DNA from: Octopus bimaculoides
Lineage: Eukaryota
NCBI RefSeq assembly: GCF_001194135.2
Contig: NC_068995.1
Coordinates: forward strand, 28,589,486-28,653,128
Direction: 5' to 3'
Length of the DNA: 63,643 nucleotides
Made by a program: the position numbers and the translations under genes. Each line of letters begins with the position of its first letter. The first letter of the stretch is position 1. The notes under the pieces were generated by a model. It saw only the letters and a list, made by a program, of their open reading frames with translations. It was not told the origin of the DNA and made no database searches. Positions 60,199 to 63,643 of the stretch are shown in pieces.

Positions 60199-63100
60199 GG
60201 TCAACCTCATAATTTAACAGAATCTGTTGTTTCTAAACCTGGGGTCAATCTGGTAAAACCAATGTTATTATTGGATTTAGCGCTCCCAAATTACCATATA
60301 TTCATTCCAAAAAAGATCAGTTATGTTGGCCAGTGGCATTATTACTGAAAAACTGAATTGTTTCTCAAACAGCCATTCCAAATTGATCCTAGCTGATGAT
60401 ATTTGCTGGCATTTAAATTCATCGATATCTTTATCCCTAGGGTTTTCATTGTTATGTTTTATTAGATGAAAGTTTCAATTAATCCAAAAGCACAATTAAA
60501 TTTCTATATGTAACTGCAAAGAAAAAAACTCATCTAATTAGAAAAAAAACGAAAAGTAAACGGATGGTTAAAAATTGTTCTCAAGTCACTGTATTTATAG
60601 GGTGCTGGGGTATTTCAGGTCATATTTAGCAATTTAATGAACTAACTGTAATCTAACAAAGACAAAACAAAATAAAAATATATATATTTCAATAAAAATC
60701 TATGCACATCTCGATAAGCTTTCTTGTAAGATAGAACAATAATGACAAAAATAGCCAATAAATAAATAAATAAACATGAATAAAAGTAACAGTCAGATAA
60801 CTGTAAAACAACGCCCGCAAGGAAAAAAGTAGTCAGCAGCCAACATTACAAGGAGAAAATAAAGAAAGGGTTCGATGACAGATTTTTAGCATACAACCAT
60901 AGAATGGTACAGCCTGGCAGACGATGCAAGAGTCACTCAGTTCGAAAGAGTGTTATCATAGACGAAGGCAGAATAACAGTCTAGCACTGTGACACGCACA
61001 CATATATAAATACATTTATGTGAGTAGACGTACGAAGCATTGAAGGAAGAAAATGCGAACTTAAGACCAATTCAGATATGCTTGAGAGATATTTGAACCT
61101 GTAAAGACATTTTACAGTGGTTTATCATGGAGAAAAATTATCCCTTGAAAAAAGGGTGTTAAAACACCATAGTCAACTCAGAGCACTCTCAATTAAACTG
61201 ATGAATGCATTTCAAACTTGTTTCTTTTCCGTAACAGATAGTATGAAAAGCGACTCTGAGCAGATTAGGAAGCAAATATTCTTTCATTATATATCAGTAA
61301 CCATTATTTACTTATTGCGCATGTTAACTGCCAGACCAGAATAAATACGTGGGTAGATGTGCGAAGCAGTGAAGGACAGAGTACAAACATACCCCGTTCA
61401 AGTAGACACAGGCCCAAATACAGAGATACCCTTATATGGGGCTGCCTCCTAATTTCCTCGGACACACGTACACAATCTAAACCCTGCAATAAACCGCGCA
61501 GTTACTGTTAGCTAATATAATTTCCGACCCTTTTTTGGTGCAAAGTATGCAAGGAATTCTCCTTCACGGGTAGGGCCAGATACTCACCCCCACCGACCAC
61601 TTCAAGCTTTAGATAACCTCACTCTCGGCTAGATTAAGAACATATTTCACTTCACCAGAGACCCTAAGCCAGCTTCAGGCTGGATAAAAAAAATGTTTTA
61701 CAGGGTTCACAGTGGCCTCTCTATAAAACTTGGTACTGTTATGAGTCTTAACTACACAATGTTGATTTCTACTCGGTGTCCGGCTAAGGGGCACTCAGCA
61801 GGAGCTCTGAAGTTACAATACGGGGGTGGGATCGTAGCAACGGCCACAAGTTTGCGGCTTTATCACAAAATACGGTATCGTCTATAGCCGCTCTGCAACA
61901 CTTCACAGTTGTATCATTATTCCTATATTTCTTGGGATATAACTTATGGTTGGCATCAGCAGTAAACCTAATCCGATCGCTATATTCCACTCTACCGAGA
62001 GCTTCGTTATTATGTATGTGTGTAAAATATATTCATTGAATCGAACTCGGGGGAAGAAATTCCAAAATCTTCTATGACGACGAATAACTTATTAATTTAC
62101 TTACAAACTTCTGCGTTCGATTTTCAGAATCGATTTTGCCATTGATCCCGTTGGAGATGTATACAGGATACAACTGCTTTCTCAAGGCAACATTGCTTTT
62201 ATTCATGATCCTAAAATATTTTCATTCTTTATACAAACGTATCCTTGTTTACTGCAGCCAGAAATAGTCATTTAATAAGATATGTCAAAGCCAGTTCACT
62301 TTACTCATAAATCTGGAAAAGGTATGACAAACACAACTTTACACTTCTCTCCTCCATGTAACTGTAGCCATGCGCCTCTAAGTACACAACAATTATTTCA
62401 TAGACTGAATCTTTTATTATTAAAGAGTCATAGTGCAAGATGCAGTGTTCATGACGTATTAAGGCCCCTACTGTCTTTGAAAAAATCATGTAAAAAAAAG
62501 AAGAAAATGATCTTACTCAGGCTTTCTGCCAAATTAATCAACTATCTGTTTATATATTTACTAGTTTCATTGATTTAATTGTGTTCTTTAGTTATTTAGT
62601 TTTCAATTTTCTGTTGGTTGAGGCCAAAATGTAGAGTTCAACTACTTGACCTCATTAGTAGGCTCTAGTAATTAGTCGACAAGTTATGGTTAATTATTGC
62701 CTTTAATGTTAGTTTTGTGTTTGAAATTTTGTTTAGTTTTGTTATGTCTAATTATGTCCTAAATAAAAGCTGGCGCGCGAGTTAGCAGAAACGACAGTGC
62801 ACTAGATTTAGTAAATGCTATTGTAGTACTTAGTTAGTTCCGTCTTCCGTCTTTACTCACACGTGCACGTGTTTATAATATATATATATATGAACTAACA
62901 TTTGTTTTTATAGGCGTCGAAATATGTATTGAACGATAAAAATTAGATTATATTCTTTCGAACGCAGAGTTGCCGTTAGAACGGCAGAAATACTGGGTAA
63001 ATTACCCTTACAAAGCGAAAAAAATTGTCAAAAACAGCCATGGGACTCGAACCCATATCCGGTTACGATTCATTTTGTCTTTCACCCTTCAAGGATCCAT

Positions 63101-63394
63101 GAAATAAGTAGTAGTAGCATATCGGGTTGATACAATCGACTAAATCTCTTTCGTTTTAAGAATTAGCTTATTAACTTATAATGATAAACCTATGCTTTCA
63201 TCCCTTTGAACATTGTCAGTTAGGCACCAGTAACGTACAAATTTAGGTGACTGTATTATTTCACTTAGTCTTCCGCTTAATCGTCATTACTGTAAAATGG
63301 TAGCATGCGTTGAGTGGGCAAACGCTTAGCTTCAGGCCATAGCTATGTTAAATATACATACAAGGTATTAAATATGTTAATTATCTTTTTCTTT

Positions 63395-63611
63395 TATGTT
63401 TTACTTGTTTCAGTCATGTGACTACAGCCATGCTGGAGTACCATCTTGAAGAATTTTTAGTCGAACGAATCGACCCTAGTACTTACTTTTTTAAAAGTCT
63501 AGTACTTATTCTATCTTTGACTTATTACCAAACGGGAATGTAAACATCCCAACACCGGTTGTCAAGCGGTGATGGGGGACAAATACAGGCACAAAGACAC
63601 ACACACACACA

Positions 63612-63643
<32 letters not shown>
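63395..63643 (-). mobile_element. 3' half of a CORE-like SINE running into (CA)n(TA)n at the window end
   Basis: ttttacttgtttcagtcatgtgactacagccatgctggag..., ccggttgtcaagcggtgatggggg. Confidence 0.75.

Overview
Repeat-dense animal genomic DNA from a gappy draft assembly (14 N-gaps, most flanked by (TA)n or other simple repeats). The SINE families, microsatellite spectrum and LINE types fit an octopus/coleoid cephalopod; this is recognition from memory, not a database match. No complete protein-coding gene is visible. Positions 1-26.3 kb hold a pile of degraded L1-clade Tx1-like retrotransposons, almost all on the minus strand. Two Penelope-like elements follow (27-31 kb). Next come the probable first coding exon(s) of an unidentified plus-strand gene (33.1 and 35.1 kb), a Helitron deletion derivative, an R4/Dong-like 3' end, MITEs, a full-length but mutated DD37D (maT) Tc1/mariner element, and a restriction-like-endonuclease LINE set in (CATA)n microsatellite on both sides. 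tRNA-derived SINEs are scattered throughout. Most notable: three minimal type I hammerhead-ribozyme-like motifs, two of which carry complementary mutations and abut Tx1 sequence; the apparently (CATA)n-targeting LINE; and a strong minus-strand bias of retroelements. Most element boundaries are approximate.
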